Notes: generated by a model not told the origin, from the letters alone. DNA of 64,000 nt from Candidatus Latescibacterota bacterium (GCA_965198115.1 OZ240241.1:6496001-6560000); one strand, 5' to 3'. Shown: positions 20,657-33,282, counted from the stretch's first letter. A program made the numbers and translations.

Positions 20657-23189
20657 TTATTCATCGCGTAGGGCCAACACCGGATCGGCCTGCGCAGCGC
20701 GAAACGCGTGAAAGGTGATCGTCAGCTGAGCGATGACGAGGGCCAGGGCCGCACCGAGGATGAACGCTGCCGGTCCGAGGTCGGCGCGGTAAGCGAAGTT
20801 GTCGAGCCACCCGCGCATGATGCGCCAAGTGAACGGCGCAGCAACGAGGGCGGCGATCAGTACGAGGGTGACGAACTCGCGGGAGACGAGGGTGATCAGG
20901 CCCGGAACAGAGGCGCCCAGCGTTTTGCGGACGCCTATTTCCTTTCGGCGTTCCTGCATGGCGTAGGAAGCGAGGCCGAACAAGCCCAATGCACCGAGTG
21001 TCTTGCGAACGCCGATCTCCTTGGTTCGTTCCTCCGTCGCGTAGGAGGCGAGTGCGAACAGACCCATGCAGGCGAGGAGGATGGCAACACCCGACGCGAT
21101 CAGCGTGGTATGCTGCACTCGGTGTTCTTCTCGATAGAGCGCTTCGAATTCCTCTTCCCAGAAAAACCGCCTAAACTCCACACCTTCGGGCGCGAAACGC
21201 TTCCAGGTCTGTTCGAGAAAGGCGAGGGTCTCGTCGAGGTCGTCGATCCGAAGCCGCAAGGCCAGGTTGATGAACTGCTTGGGGCGATAGATCATCGCCA
21301 TCGGAGCGACTTTCTCTCGAAGGGGCGCGTAGTGGAAGTCGCTGGCGACGCCGATCACGTGACCGACACGATTCCGCTCGTCGTCCACCCACTGGAACGC
21401 CTTTCCGATGGCCGAATTGGGACTGCCCACCCCGGTTTCCCAGCCCAGGGCCTCGACCGCTGCGTGGTTCAGGATGAAAGCGCGGGACGTATCAGCGGGG
21501 AAGTTGATCGGGTCGAACTCGCGGCCGGACACCATCTGGATGCCGTAGAAGTCCAGGAAATCCTCGTCGACCTCCAGAACGGGCATCCTCCAATCCGTGC
21601 CCTTGTGACCCTCCGGATCGACGCTTCGCATCATGCCACCACCCCACCCCAACCACCAACGGTAGGCCGTCGCGTCCAACACCGTTGGGTGCTCTGTGAA
21701 GGCCTGTTTGACGGTCTGATACCGGTCAGCCAACTTGGCCGTTCCCTTCAGGGTCGTCCACTGGTCCACCCCGAAAATAGGGAGGAACACCACCTGCTCC
21801 ATGCTGTAACCAAGGTCTTTGTTCCTGAGATACTGGAGCTGCTGATAGACCACGCCCGTACCGACGATGAGGACAATGGAGATCGCAAACTGGGCGATGA
21901 CGAGGCCCTTGCGAATCCAATGGCCGCGGGTTCCTGCCTGAGATGTCCCTTTGAGCGTCTCAGTCGGCTGGAACGAGGATAAGAAGAACGCCGGATACAG
22001 GCCGGCGACGATACCGACGCCGAGGGCGATGCCGGCGAGCGCGACCGCGAGGGATGGATCGTCGGTCAGGTCGATCGAGAGCTGTTTATTGAAGAAGGCG
22101 TTGAACTCGCCGATGACGAGGACGACAAGCAGAAGCGCCAGGGCCAGGGCGAGCAGCGAAGTGACGATCGATTCTCCGAGGAACTGGCTGATGAGCTGGC
22201 TGCGACGTGCGCCCGTAACCTTTCGGAGACCGACTTCGGCGGCACGACGGGCTGAGCGAGCGGTCGACAGGTTCGCGAAGTTGATGCAGGCAATGGCGAG
22301 TACGATCAGGGCGATGGCGCCGAACTGGTAGACGCGATTGATGTCTCCGTGCCAGTCGATGTTGTAGTCTCGGTTGGAGTAGAGGTAGATATCCTGGATG
22401 AGCTGCAGATGGTAATCGTTGTTCTTCCGGATCTCGGCTCCCATGTAGCGATCGATGATGTTCGATACCTTCGCACGCAGGGCCGCCAGATCCGCATCCT
22501 CGCGCAGCAGAACGAAGGTTCTTACCGGACGCCAGGAATAGGTCGGTGCCCACTGATTCCAGGCCTGGTCAGCGCCTTCGGAGACCGCGTGCGTGGCGAC
22601 ATAGTCGAATTCCCAGGTCCTGTTGAGGGGCAGATCCCTGATGATACCCGTGACGGTATACTCGCCGGGATGGTGGCGGCTTTCCATGGTCAACGTCTGA
22701 CCGATGGGGTCCTCATCCCCGAATACACGCTTTGCCGCCGATTCGGTCATGACGATGGCGTTCGGGTTGGGGAACGACGTCTCGAGTGATCCATTGACGA
22801 ACGGATAGTCGAAGACGCTGAACATCGATGTGTCGAGCGACGCACGACCGCAGCTCAAGCATCTTGTCTCCGCGGCGCACAACGACAAACGACAGCCACA
22901 CCCGTACGGCCTCTTCGATTTCGGGAAAGTCCTGCTCGAGGGTACCGGCGAGCGCACCGGAGGTGAATGGTTCGTATTCGGACTCCCCACCGCTTCGCGT
23001 TTCACGCAGGACGCGATAGATGCGGTCGCCTTTAGCGTGCCACGCGTCGAAACTGAATTCGTCCTGGATGAAGAGGAGAATGAGAATACACGTCGCCAGA
23101 CCAACCGCTAGACCGAGGACGTTGATGAGCGTGTAGCCCTTTTGGCGCATCATGTTGCGCCAGGCTATTGTCAGGTAGTTACGAAGCAT
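20657..23189 (-). CDS. ABC transporter permease (paralog 3; frameshift near 22835; 26-aa internal duplication near 20990)
   Basis: N-terminus MLRNYLTIAWRN at 23189 in ORF 22713..23279, remainder in 20657..23104. The GLFxLASYA...KEIGVRKTLGA block occurs twice in tandem. Confidence 0.85.
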
Positions 23190-23401
23190 AGGAAGTAGGC
23201 AGAAGGCAGTAGGGAGAAAGAAAACCGATAACCCGAGCGTCGGGCGGATTGCGATCCGCCCGAACCCGTCCGCAAGCAAGATTGCTTAGATCAGACCCTG
23301 AGGTGGGCTGGGGGCGGCCAGTCTAAATGTGACAGCGTCAGCAGGTGCAGAGTTTCACCACGACGTTGCGGCAACCGGGGGCCTTCCAGAGGATGAGACA
23401 C

Positions 23402-23797
23402 TTATCCGAAAGAGCCGTCCTTGCGATGGTGCAACAAGATGATGTTGCCGTCGGGATCCACGATCGATGCGAAGTGGCAGACAGGCGATTCAGAGGGAGG
23501 AGTGCCAACTTCAACGCCTTTGGCGGTCATTTCAGCCACAGCCTCCTCGACATCGTCGACAGCCAGGAAGATCGACCCGCCTCCGGGACGAAAAGGCTGG
23601 ACGACAGCATCCGGAACCTCGTATGGTCGGTTCTCGAGCGCGCCTAATGCCAGGGTCGTGGGCGGGACTGTAAACTCCGCCCAATAGTCTTCGTATTGAA
23701 ACTCCAATTCCAGACCGAGCGTATCGCGGTAAAACGCGATGCTCCGTTCGAGCTCGGTGACTCTGTACATAATGAAGTCGGCGCCACGCACGTTCAT
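23402..23797 (-). CDS. VOC/glyoxalase family protein
   Basis: SIAFYRDTLGL, FLAVDDVE, DPDGN. Confidence 0.9.
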   Translation of the reverse strand: MNVRGADFIMYRVTELERSIAFYRDTLGLELEFQYEDYWAEFTVPPTTLALGALENRPYEVPDAVVQPFRPGGGSIFLAVDDVEEAVAEMTAKGVEVGTPPSESPVCHFASIVDPDGNIILLHHRKDGSFG

Positions 23798-23889
23798 CGG
23801 TGATTCCTTTGTGGGGGTGATTGTTGTCGAGCGAAGTAGGGCGACAAGCTCGAATCGTCAGCCTTCCGTCGTTGTCTTTGGCACAATGT

Positions 23890-24562
23890 TCAGGGGGCGG
23901 TTTCCGCTCTCGCCTTTAGCGCCTCGTTCATGAGGACGAATCCTCGCCGCGTGTCCGTATCCAGGCTTTCCCAGAGCAGAGGCACGAGCAAACCTCTGAA
24001 CCTTTCGAAATGATGGAACCGTGTGCGTGTCCCATCGTCGAGGGGCTCGAGTTGATAGACGTGTCTTCCGTCGAAGACTCTGGGGAGCACGACGTCCCAG
24101 CCACTGGAGCTCTTCATCAGGGCGCACCACAAGAATGGTCGGCTCAAAGGTCATAGGATCACCCTCGGGGGGATCCACGGTAATGATGAGTCGTGCACCC
24201 TCTCTCGCCTCACCCTCGATCGTCCTGATGAACGGATTCCAATTCGAATGTCCCGGAAAGTCCGAGAAGATCTCCCAGACGCGATCGGGCGGGGCATCGA
24301 TGTCGATCTGTGTCCGGACTTCCATCTCTGTGACGGTCGTGCCGATCAGCAGGATCCCAAGGATGATGAAGCCCGTCTTGGAGCTGGGAGGAAGGTGAAG
24401 CTTCCACCGGGATGCCAGAAGGGCATTGATCGGAGGCAGCAGGATGGCGGTGAAAAGGAGGCAGACCACGCCGGGGACGAGCTGATACGGCAGGTTCAAG
24501 AGCCCGATGACGGCGAACAGGATTCCGAACAGCCAGCTCAAGATCATCTGGATAAGGGGCAT
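23890..24562 (-). CDS. SRPBCC domain protein with N-terminal membrane segments (frameshift near 24090)
   Basis: Three N-terminal hydrophobic helices, then IDIDAPPDRVW...WNPFI. The C-terminal FDGRH...TRRGFVLMNEALKARAE is in the alternative frame. Confidence 0.8.
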
Positions 24563-24595
24563 GTTTGGTTCCTTGATGAGATTCGTCTGCCTGTG

Positions 24596-27029
24596 TTATT
24601 CGTGGTGCAGCGCGTGCACAGGGTCGATGGTTGCAGCTCTCATGGCCTGCGACATGACCGCTGCAAAAGCGACCACGATGGCAACGACCCCGCTGGCCAG
24701 GAAGATGCCCACACCCAGATCGATCCGATAGACGAATCCCTCCAGCCAATTCCGACTGGCATACCAGGCCAGGGGTAAACCGACGATCCCTGCGACGATG
24801 ACGAGCGAGACGAAGCTTCGAGACACGAGAAAGACGACGCTGGTCACGGACGCCCCGAGGACTTTACGTACGCCGATCTCCTGTGTGCGCTGCTGAGCGG
24901 TGAATGCCGCGAGACCGAACAGACCGAGACAGGCGACGAGGATCGAGAGAGCGGAAAACACGGTGACGGTTCGATGCAGGTTCGTTTCGGACCGATAGAG
25001 GTCTGCGAGATTGTCGTCGACGAATGTGTACTCGAAGGGTCGGTCCGGAATGAACCTGTCCCACGTCTTCTCCAGGAAAACAAGCGTTTCCGGGAGACGA
25101 TCCGGTGCGACGCGGACGGTGACCATGTTGTAGAGCCACGGCATCCAGCTGATGCTCATTGGCCGGATCGGCTCCCGAACGGACGCTCGGTTGAAATCTG
25201 CCATGACGCCCAGGACCTCGAGAGGAACGGAGGTACGGATGGATCGTTTCCAGATGATGCGCTTGCCAGGGGTCTCGGCCAGCGTCCAACCGAACTGCTT
25301 TAGCGTCGCTTCGTTGACAATGATCCTATCCCGAGCTTCTTCGAACCTCGTAAACGGCCTGCCGCTCAAGAGATCGATCCCATAGGTCTCGAGATAGGCG
25401 TCGTCCACGTTCCGGATCTCCATTCGGTATTCGGTGTCGGGGTCGGTTTCGGGCAAGACGACCCGCATCAGACCGGTTCCACCACGACCGGGCGTTCTCC
25501 GATGAGCAGAAACCTTCAGAACACCGGGATGTTCGAGAAAAGTCTGTCGAACTTCCTGGTACCTGTGGACGAGTGTGTTATCGATGGATCCTTCGAGACG
25601 ACGGTTCATCTCGAAGATGGGAATCGTAATGAGGAAGGATCGGTCGAAACCGAGGTCACGGGATTGAATGAAATCCATCTGACGATGGATGACGAGCGTC
25701 CCGGCGATCAGTCCGACGGTGATCGCAAACTGGGTGATGACAAGACCTTTTCGGAGCGCGTTTCCGCCGAGCTGGGCGCTCCCTCGGAGTACGTGCGCTG
25801 CATCGAAACGGGACATGACGAGGGCCGGATAGCTGCCCGCGGACAGCCCGACCAGGAAGGTGACGGCCGTGAGCGCCACGACCGCGAGCGGGTCGGTGAA
25901 AAGAAAGAGACTTTCCCGTCAGGAGGCTCACGCTAGGGAGAGCCAGTGACACGAGGGCCAGAGCGATGATCGACGCCAGGGTCGCCACGGCAGTGGCTTC
26001 GCCGAGAAACTGACCGACGCGCTGTCGTCGATGGGCGCCGATGGTCTTGCGTAAACCCACCTCGCGTGCTCGGTTCAGCGCACGTGCGGTGGTCAGATTG
26101 ACGTAGTTGGCGCACGCTATGGCCAGGATCAGGACCGCGATGGCGGTAAACAGATAGACATCGCGGATGTCGCCAAGCTTCTCGGCGGTCCGTTCGAGAC
26201 CGTAGTTCGGGATGGACTGAAGATAGATGTCCGGTAGCGGCTGGAGTCGCCAGGTGTTGGTCGCTCGCGTCTTTTCTCCCATGCTGCGGGCCATGAGGTC
26301 GGGCAGTTTCCGTTCGAACGTTTTGACATCTGTCTCCGGACGCAGACGGACATACGTTTCGACGGCTCGCCACGCAGCGGGTCGCCATTCGGTCCACGTG
26401 TCTCGGTTGCCGCGGTTCAGGATCGGAACGAGAAGAAAGTCGAATTCGAAAATGGTCGATGAAGTCGGTTGGGCGAGGATACCGGTCACCGTGTATTCAC
26501 CCCTGATGTAGCTGTCCGAGACCAGAACCTGTTTGCCCATCGGATCCTGATCCTCGAACAACTCCTTGGCCAACCGTCTGGTGAGCAGAATGGGGGCGGG
26601 TTCCTGGAGGGCCGTCGCCGCGTCGCCGCGTGCGAGAGGAAGGTCGAAGAACGACAAGACGTTGGCGTCCGCCGCGAACGACAGACGATCGAATCCTCTG
26701 TCTCCAGCGGAGATGGCGATCTTCTGCACGCGCCGGGTGCGGATCGCCGACTCGACCTCGGGAAACTCCTTTTCGAATGCCTCTCTGAGCGCGCCGGATG
26801 TCCTGGGCGTGATTTCCCGGCCCTGGCCGGGATTGCGGATGTCTCTCAAGACACGGTAAACTCGATCCGCGCCGGGATGATGACGATCGTATCCCAACTC
26901 GCCTTGCACGTAAAGCGCGATAACGAGGCACGCGGCCATGCCTACCGCGAGGCCCACGATGTTGATGAGGGCGTACCCCTTCCGTCGTAGCAGTGAGCGG
27001 ATCGCGATTTTGAGATAGCTGGTTAGCAA
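24596..27029 (-). CDS. ABC transporter permease (paralog 4; frameshift near 25900)
   Basis: ORFs 25656..27029 and 24596..25879 are the two halves; REVGLRK, QEIGVRK, DPVHALHHE. Confidence 0.85.
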
Positions 27030-27142
27030 GGTAGAAGTGAGTAGGGAGAAGGGTTCTTAGCTTTCGCGCTCGTGTCGTGCAGGACCACTCCAGTCAGTGG
27101 TGCTTCAGCTGACTCCCTGGCAACTGCCGCGGACTCTTGCGG

Positions 27143-27928
27143 CTAGGGTGTCCAGTGTCCCCATTCGTCGGTCTTTTTCCAGCGGCTGAAGCAAGAATCA
27201 CACTGGCAGAAGTAACGCATCATGAATCGGGGTCGTGTTCGTGCATTGGGGGTTCCGTTGTGACCGAAAAGATGCTGGAAGAATAGGATGTCCCCGCGTT
27301 TGGGCTCGAGTATGATGGGATCGCCGAGGTCGAGCGATGCGATGTCCTTGTTGAATTCGAAAAGATACTCATATCCGACAGGATCCGATTCGGCAAGCTC
27401 ACGGATCTTCCGATGCGAACCTGGCCAAACAGCCGTTCCACCGCCGCCCGGCTCGATGTCGCTCAGATAGATCAAGGACGCGATGCGAAACGGACCGGGG
27501 AAGGTTCGATGCATGTGCTCCCTGGGAATGCCGTCGACGTGTGCTTTGACCGGCTTCCGTTCCCCGTTGCACGCAAGCAGGTTCTGGGTGTGGATCGCCT
27601 GGGGAGGGTGGTCGTCCACGTTCTCACCGATCAGTTCCGAAACGGTGGACAGGTAGCTCGAGGTGGCACACGCCATCAGCTCTGGATCCTGTAGCGCATT
27701 GAAGATGACGACCCCTCTCGACTCGGCGAACTCGTGTGCGCCGTCGGGAACGGTAGACCACGTACCGGGATCGTTCGGGTCCATCTCCATCCGATCCCAC
27801 ATCCGGGCTTCGGCTGCGGCGGATATGTCGTCGGGGATCAGGCCGGAGGCAAGCAGATAACCATCGGCGTGATAGGCGTCGATTTGGGATTGGGTCAACA
27901 TGGTTACGTCCGGGTAGGGTGCCGGCAT
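27143..27928 (-). CDS. PhyH family dioxygenase
   Basis: YHADGY, HVD, GGTAVWPGSH, GDILFF, GHNG. Confidence 0.85.
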   Translation of the reverse strand: MPAPYPDVTMLTQSQIDAYHADGYLLASGLIPDDISAAAEARMWDRMEMDPNDPGTWSTVPDGAHEFAESRGVVIFNALQDPELMACATSSYLSTVSELIGENVDDHPPQAIHTQNLLACNGERKPVKAHVDGIPREHMHRTFPGPFRIASLIYLSDIEPGGGGTAVWPGSHRKIRELAESDPVGYEYLFEFNKDIASLDLGDPIILEPKRGDILFFQHLFGHNGTPNARTRPRFMMRYFCQCDSCFSRWKKTDEWGHWTP

Positions 27929-27957
27929 GCCGTGACCCCACGAGCAATGTGTACAGG

Positions 27958-29370
27958 TTATCGAAGATAATCCGCGTACTGCCAGTCGTTCTCTCGCCGC
28001 GCTCCCGAGTCACCATCCTTGTAGTGCGCGCTCAGCACGGCATCGTGCTCGGTAGTAAGACGACTTAAGATATCCCCATCCGCGATACGATCGTTCGTTT
28101 CAGCCTGCCACTCGGCGAGCCTTGTTCTGAGACGATCCTGAATGTCGGCACGTTCGGGATCGCCAGCGAGATTGTGGAACTCGAAGGGATCGTTCGCAAG
28201 GTCGTAGAGTTCCTCGGGCGGCGGGTGATGATACGTCGCGTAGGCATCTCTGATCCATCGATCGGCATGCTCGATTTCTTCGACGGTTGCCCCGGGCTCC
28301 CAAAGTTGTTCGGGACCCGAATAGCCACGGGCGCTCGGGCTCGCCCGATCATTCAGGCAGTTAACGATCAATTTGTAGCGAGCGTCACGAATCGTTCGTT
28401 GCGGGAAGTAGCTCGTGGGACTCCCGCTACACCATTCAGTGAAGAGATGTTCGTGATGCGTGGTCGTTTCGCCCCGTACGACCGGAAGGTAGGATCGACC
28501 TGCGATGGCGGTTGGCGCATCGACCCCGATGGCGTCGAGAATCGTGGGCATCACGTCGATGTGTGAGACGAGTGCGTCGGCGACTTGTCCTTCACTCACG
28601 TGGCTCGGCCATCTCAGTATGGTCGGGACCTTTACGCCCCCTTCGTAGCAGCACGTCTTCCCTCGTGAGAACTGAGCACCGTGGTCCGAGGTGAAGAGGA
28701 CGAGTGTGTCGCTGGTCTTGCCCGACCTTTCGAGGGCATCGAGGAGATGACCGACCCCGGTGTCTAGCCGGCTCATGCAGTTGTAGTAATCGGCCGTGTG
28801 TTGCCGGAGACGGGGCGTGTCGATGCCGACCTGCGGCAAGGGGGTGACGTCGCTGGCTTCGTAAGGTATCTGTGGCACACCGAACTGTTGGCGGTGGAAT
28901 GGGAGATGACAGTCCGGGTAGTTGACGGTCAGAAAGAAAGGGGCGTCGCTCTCGTTGATGAATGCGTCGGCGACAGATGCCATCTTGGTAACATCGCGGT
29001 TGGGAAAGCCGATGTAGTCACGATCGTTCCACCAGAGATCGAGCGGGTAGGCCGCTTCGGGTAGGATGTGGAGCTTTCCGATCATGCCAGTTCGATACCC
29101 CGCGCTCTTCAGTAGCGCGGGAAGATTGGGAAGGCCGTCGAATGTGAAGTACCTGTGTGTTGCAAGACCGATCTGGCCGTTCTGGTGCGGGTAAAGCCCG
29201 GTGTGAATGCTGGCCCGCCCTGGCGAGCACACCGCCTGCGTCGTGTAGGCGTTCGTGAAGCGGATGCCCTCGGCCGCCAATCGATCGAGATGGGGTGTGG
29301 AGACGTTCGAGTCCCCGTAGCAGCTCAGGTGTGGGCCGTTGTCTTCAGAGACGATGAGAAGGATGTTCAT
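27958..29370 (-). CDS. Sulfatase (formylglycine-dependent, Cys-type)
   Basis: CSPGRASIHTG (CxPxR), GYRTGMIGKLH, TSDHG, EELYDL..DP. Confidence 0.93.
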   Translation of the reverse strand: MNILLIVSEDNGPHLSCYGDSNVSTPHLDRLAAEGIRFTNAYTTQAVCSPGRASIHTGLYPHQNGQIGLATHRYFTFDGLPNLPALLKSAGYRTGMIGKLHILPEAAYPLDLWWNDRDYIGFPNRDVTKMASVADAFINESDAPFFLTVNYPDCHLPFHRQQFGVPQIPYEASDVTPLPQVGIDTPRLRQHTADYYNCMSRLDTGVGHLLDALERSGKTSDTLVLFTSDHGAQFSRGKTCCYEGGVKVPTILRWPSHVSEGQVADALVSHIDVMPTILDAIGVDAPTAIAGRSYLPVVRGETTTHHEHLFTEWCSGSPTSYFPQRTIRDARYKLIVNCLNDRASPSARGYSGPEQLWEPGATVEEIEHADRWIRDAYATYHHPPPEELYDLANDPFEFHNLAGDPERADIQDRLRTRLAEWQAETNDRIADGDILSRLTTEHDAVLSAHYKDGDSGARRENDWQYADYLR

Positions 29371-29438
29371 TAATTGAAAATGTAAAAGTAAAAATGCAAA
29401 ATGTGCAAAACGGTCTAGGTGATGCAGGGCAGAACGTT

Positions 29439-30866
29439 GGCAATGTCTTTTTCGCTGTTGAAATTGGACAGCGGCATGTGATGGTTTCAGGCGGCTGCAG
29501 CGCGTCCTTCAACGTTCCCGTCGAGGGCGGCATCGTGCGTCTGAAGGGCGACCACAAGCTTGGTCATCTGGCGGTAGCCCTTGAGTCGCCGGAAGCCCCG
29601 TTCGGCTTCCAAGGCACCGGCGGCGCTCCAGCGCAGGATCATGCGGCCGCTCTTCCATCGCTTGACGCGGCCTGAGAGTTGGCGCAACTGTCCGATCAGG
29701 TTTTCGATGACGTTCGTGCTCGAAAGGGTGCGCTCCAGGGAAGATCCACCGAGGCCCAGGCGTTTGACCGTCAGCAGATCCTCGAGCCCTTCGCGGAGCG
29801 AGGCGGCCGCACCGGGGTGCTGCTCGTCCAGGCTCCTCGCCAGATTCTTCAGCATACGCTCGGCTAGTTCAGGATCTTCGGCTTTGAACGCGTCTTTCAG
29901 GGCGCGCTTCACCGACCCCCGCTTGCCCTCCGGCAGCGCGTCCAACACGTTCCGCTTCTTATGCTCCTGGCATCGCTGGATGAGCGCGCGTCTTCCGAGG
30001 ACCGACCGCACAGCCCTGTAAAGGGCCTTGCCGCCGTCGATCACCACGAGGATAGCCCGGTCGGTGGGGAGGCCCCGCTCTACAAGGTCCTCCAGCAGGG
30101 CCGTGCAGGTGGCCTTGTTCTCCGTCGCCCCTTCCCAGAGTCCGAGCACGTGCTTCTGGCCTTGGCCGTCAATGCCCACCCCCGCCACAATGACGTGATC
30201 GCCGGCATAGTGGACGCCGTCGAGCATCAGCACTTTCAGGCCCAGCTCGGACAGATCGCGCTCCATCAGCGTGGCCAGTTTCCTGGCTGTCCCACGGACG
30301 AACCGGCCACTTACCGCGCTCCGACTGGTTCCACGGCCCACAAGGACCTCAGGCACCTCCTCCAGAGAGCGCCGGTACTTGCGCGTCGACACCCCGACCA
30401 GCATCTGTTCGATCGCACGCGCCTCAAGCGGGTCCCTGGCCGACCACGATTCCCAGCTCGGCAGCGACACCTCTTCCCCCGAGGTCGTCCGCACCCGAGG
30501 CCGCTTCACCTTGACCAGCCGCCCACCCAGTACCAGGGAGCTGGGCACATGCCCGCCCCGGTGAGCCTGTCGCTCTTCCGTGTGCCGATAACGAGGCCCG
30601 CACACCTGCGTCCGCTCCGACTCAAGCACCTCAATGACGTGCGACAACCCGGACACCAGAACCGTGTCCTACAGACTCTCTCGAACGAACGCACCAAGCG
30701 CCTGACTCAGTCCCGACTTGACGTTTCCCTGTTGCCGACTTGCTTTCTTACTGACATTCTTACCAATGGTGGTAGCTCCTCTTTGATGTGAACTACTTCC
30801 CACCCGAATCATGGGATTCGGGCGGAGGAGCCGCCACCCAATTTCAACAATCTAGGAGACTTCGCC
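29439..30866 (-). mobile_element. IS256 family insertion sequence
   Basis: 29-bp imperfect IRs sharing TGTTGAAATTGG; flanking direct repeat CAGAACGT at 29430..29437 and 30867..30874. Confidence 0.88.
29487..30767 (-). CDS. IS256 family transposase (in-frame TAG at 30669-30671)
   Basis: GVSTRKY, LMLDG, GATEN, VIDG, QRCQEHK, STNVIE. The frame stays open upstream of the TAG to an AGGAG RBS near 30776. Confidence 0.88.
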
Positions 30867-30902
30867 CAGAACGTGCCGATAATCGTTTGGGTAACTACTA
30901 TG

Positions 30903-31517
30903 TCATTTCCTGAGCGTTAGTGATTGAAGTGATTGTTCAGACCGATGTCGACGTTGTGGAAATCGACGATTTCGAAAAGGCATCCAGTAATCCTCATCAG
31001 GTCTTCGTCTTTCTTGAAGGGAGAAGAAACGTTTGGGTTCGTAGTGGTCCTTGTCGAAGGTTCCTTCTTCGCCCGTTCCACCGTAGCATCCGAGGAAGAA
31101 CAGGCCGCCTTTGATGAGGACGCGGCGTATCTCCTCGAGGACGGCGGGTAGGCTGCTTACCGGGACGTGAAGTAACGTGTTGAGCGACCAGACGGCGTCG
31201 AAGGTGGAATTTGGAAACGCGATCGCGTAGTAGTCCATCTGAATGGATCGCAGGCCCGCATCACGACAGTGTCGGACCATCGGTTCTGACAGGTCGGAAG
31301 TGACGACGAGGTAGCCTAGATCGCGAAAGATCCTGCTGTCAGGTGCCGTGCCGGCACCTATGTCGAGAATCGATTGCTTGTCCTCCGCTTCGAGACGATA
31401 GATAAATGTGCCGCGCTCGCTGACCTTCCAGGCCGCCTGCGTTTTGGCGCTCCGCTCCTAGACGTTGGCGTCGTAAGACGTTCGGAGCGATTCCTTGAGG
31501 TTTTCGTCTTGAGACAT
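30903..31517 (-). pseudogene. Class I SAM-dependent methyltransferase, disrupted
   Basis: ATG at 31517; in-frame TAG at 31458-31460; ILDIGAGT, DLSEPM, FDAVWSLNTLLHVP. Apparent pair of compensating frameshifts between about 30925 and 31020. Confidence 0.8.
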
Positions 31518-31646
31518 ACGAGAAGGACGGGAATCAATGAATAATAAAAGGCAAAGTGAAACCTGGGTGTCCTATCACACCTGAGATTTCCGCCTATAGA
31601 TCCCTCGGGTGACGGTCGTGGCCTGGAGTCACGATGAGACCAGCAA

Positions 31647-33269
31647 TTACGAGGAAGGCTTTTGGAGGTCGTATTTCTTGATGCGAGAGGCGAGCGTGGT
31701 GGGGCGAAGGCCGAGGAGTTCGGCGGTGCCGCCGGGGCCGTAGATTTTCCAGCCTGTGCGGTTCAGCGCTGATAGGAGGTTTTTCTCGTCGAGTTCGACC
31801 ATCTGAGCTTCGGTGAGGATGCCGTCGTTGGCGACGGTGTCCGTCGGTGTGACGACTCGAGGGGGCGCAACGCTGGCGTCGACCAGATCCAGACGGAGAG
31901 TGTCGCCGGGCGAAGTGATGACGGCACGTTCGATGACGTTCTGAAGCTCACGCACGTTCCCGGGCCAATCATAACCCTGGAGTCGATCGACGACGGCCTG
32001 GCTGAGCTTCAACGGGTCGCGGTTGAGTTTGACGATGGCGCTTTGCAGGAAATGTGTCGCTAGGAGGGGAATGTCTTCTCTGCGATCTCTGAGGGGGGCA
32101 ACTTCGAGCGGGAAGACGTTGAGCCGGAAGTAGAGATCCTCACGAAACTCGCCCTGCTCGACCGCTGTTTTGAGATCGCGGTTGGTGGCAGCGATGACGC
32201 GCACGTCGGCCTTGGGGGTGCGCTCATCGCCCACGCGTTCGTATTCCCCTTCCTGCAGGACTCTTAGCAACTTTCCTTGAAGCTCCAGAGGAATCTCACC
32301 GACTTCGTCGAGGAAGATGGTGCCCCCATCGGCTGCCTCGAAACGCCCTGCCCGATCCCGTATCGCCCCCGTGAACGCGCCTCTGACGTGTCCGAAGAAT
32401 TCACTCTCGAACAGCTCTCCAGGTACCGACGCGCAGTTTACCCGAATCAAGGGTCGGTCGACCCGCTGGCTGCGCCGGTGGATTTCGCGGGCGACGAGTT
32501 CTTTGCCCGTTCCGGATTCGCCCAGTATCAGGACACTCGCTTCGGTGGGGGCAACGAGGTCGATCTGATTGGAGAGTTGTGCGATGGCAGGGCTGGTCCC
32601 GACCATGTCCCCGAACGCGAGGGTTTCTGTGATGTCTTGCCGGAGGAACGTGTTTTCGAGTGATAGCTGATTCCGCAAACGATCGATCTCCTCGAACGCC
32701 CGCGCGTTGGCGATGGCCGCGGCCGCGTGGTCGGCGATCATGCGAAGCCAGGTCAGCCACTCCTCTTCGAGTGGCATTCGGGTGAAAATGGCCAGAACTC
32801 CCAATACCTGTTCGTTATGCACGAGCGGTTGGCCCCCGAATCCACTCACCCCCTCACGACGGACCCAATCTGGATCCCGAACCCACTCTTCGGTGGGATC
32901 GATCTTAAGGACTTCCTGCGGTTCCCCCGCTTCGGCGATCCGGCCGATCTTCCGAGCCCCGATCGGGATGCGTGCGGAGCCCCCATCCAATCGATTCCAA
33001 GTGAGTCCTGGCTCTGCGGTGGACGCGCCGGCACTGGCCACGAGGTGGAGACACGTGGTCTGGTCGGGGCACTCGCCACGCATGGGACAAGTCTCGCATC
33101 GATCGCCTGGTTGCGTCAGCCAGATTCGGCAAAGCGCGACTTGAGAACCGGCTGCCAACCTGCTCACGATCGTAGTCAGGACCGACTCGCAAGACCGTTC
33201 TTTGGCCATGTCGAGGAGAAGAGCTTTGAGGGGGTCGAACTTGGGCTTGTAGCGAAGCGCTTTCGACAT
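31647..33269 (-). CDS. Sigma54-dependent enhancer-binding protein (GAF-AAA+-HTH, FhlA/NorR-like)
   Basis: [32 protein letters not shown]-terminal HTH; N-terminal GAF domain with CX2CX5CX5C. Confidence 0.95.
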   Translation of the reverse strand: MSKALRYKPKFDPLKALLLDMAKERSCESVLTTIVSRLAAGSQVALCRIWLTQPGDRCETCPMRGECPDQTTCLHLVASAGASTAEPGLTWNRLDGGSARIPIGARKIGRIAEAGEPQEVLKIDPTEEWVRDPDWVRREGVSGFGGQPLVHNEQVLGVLAIFTRMPLEEEWLTWLRMIADHAAAAIANARAFEEIDRLRNQLSLENTFLRQDITETLAFGDMVGTSPAIAQLSNQIDLVAPTEASVLILGESGTGKELVAREIHRRSQRVDRPLIRVNCASVPGELFESEFFGHVRGAFTGAIRDRAGRFEAADGGTIFLDEVGEIPLELQGKLLRVLQEGEYERVGDERTPKADVRVIAATNRDLKTAVEQGEFREDLYFRLNVFPLEVAPLRDRREDIPLLATHFLQSAIVKLNRDPLKLSQAVVDRLQGYDWPGNVRELQNVIERAVITSPGDTLRLDLVDASVAPPRVVTPTDTVANDGILTEAQMVELDEKNLLSALNRTGWKIYGPGGTAELLGLRPTTLASRIKKYDLQKPSS

Positions 33270-33282
33270 ATCTGATAGTATG

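Noticed and set aside
5017-31460. Three in-frame TAG codons (5017, 30669, 31458) suggesting amber recoding or pyrrolysine
   Set aside because: TAG ends several intact genes here (7132, 12597, 27143, 34873, 43255, 44953), and two of the three affected genes carry other lesions. Two TAGs sit in CTAGG, consistent with a C-to-T change or miscall at CCAGG.
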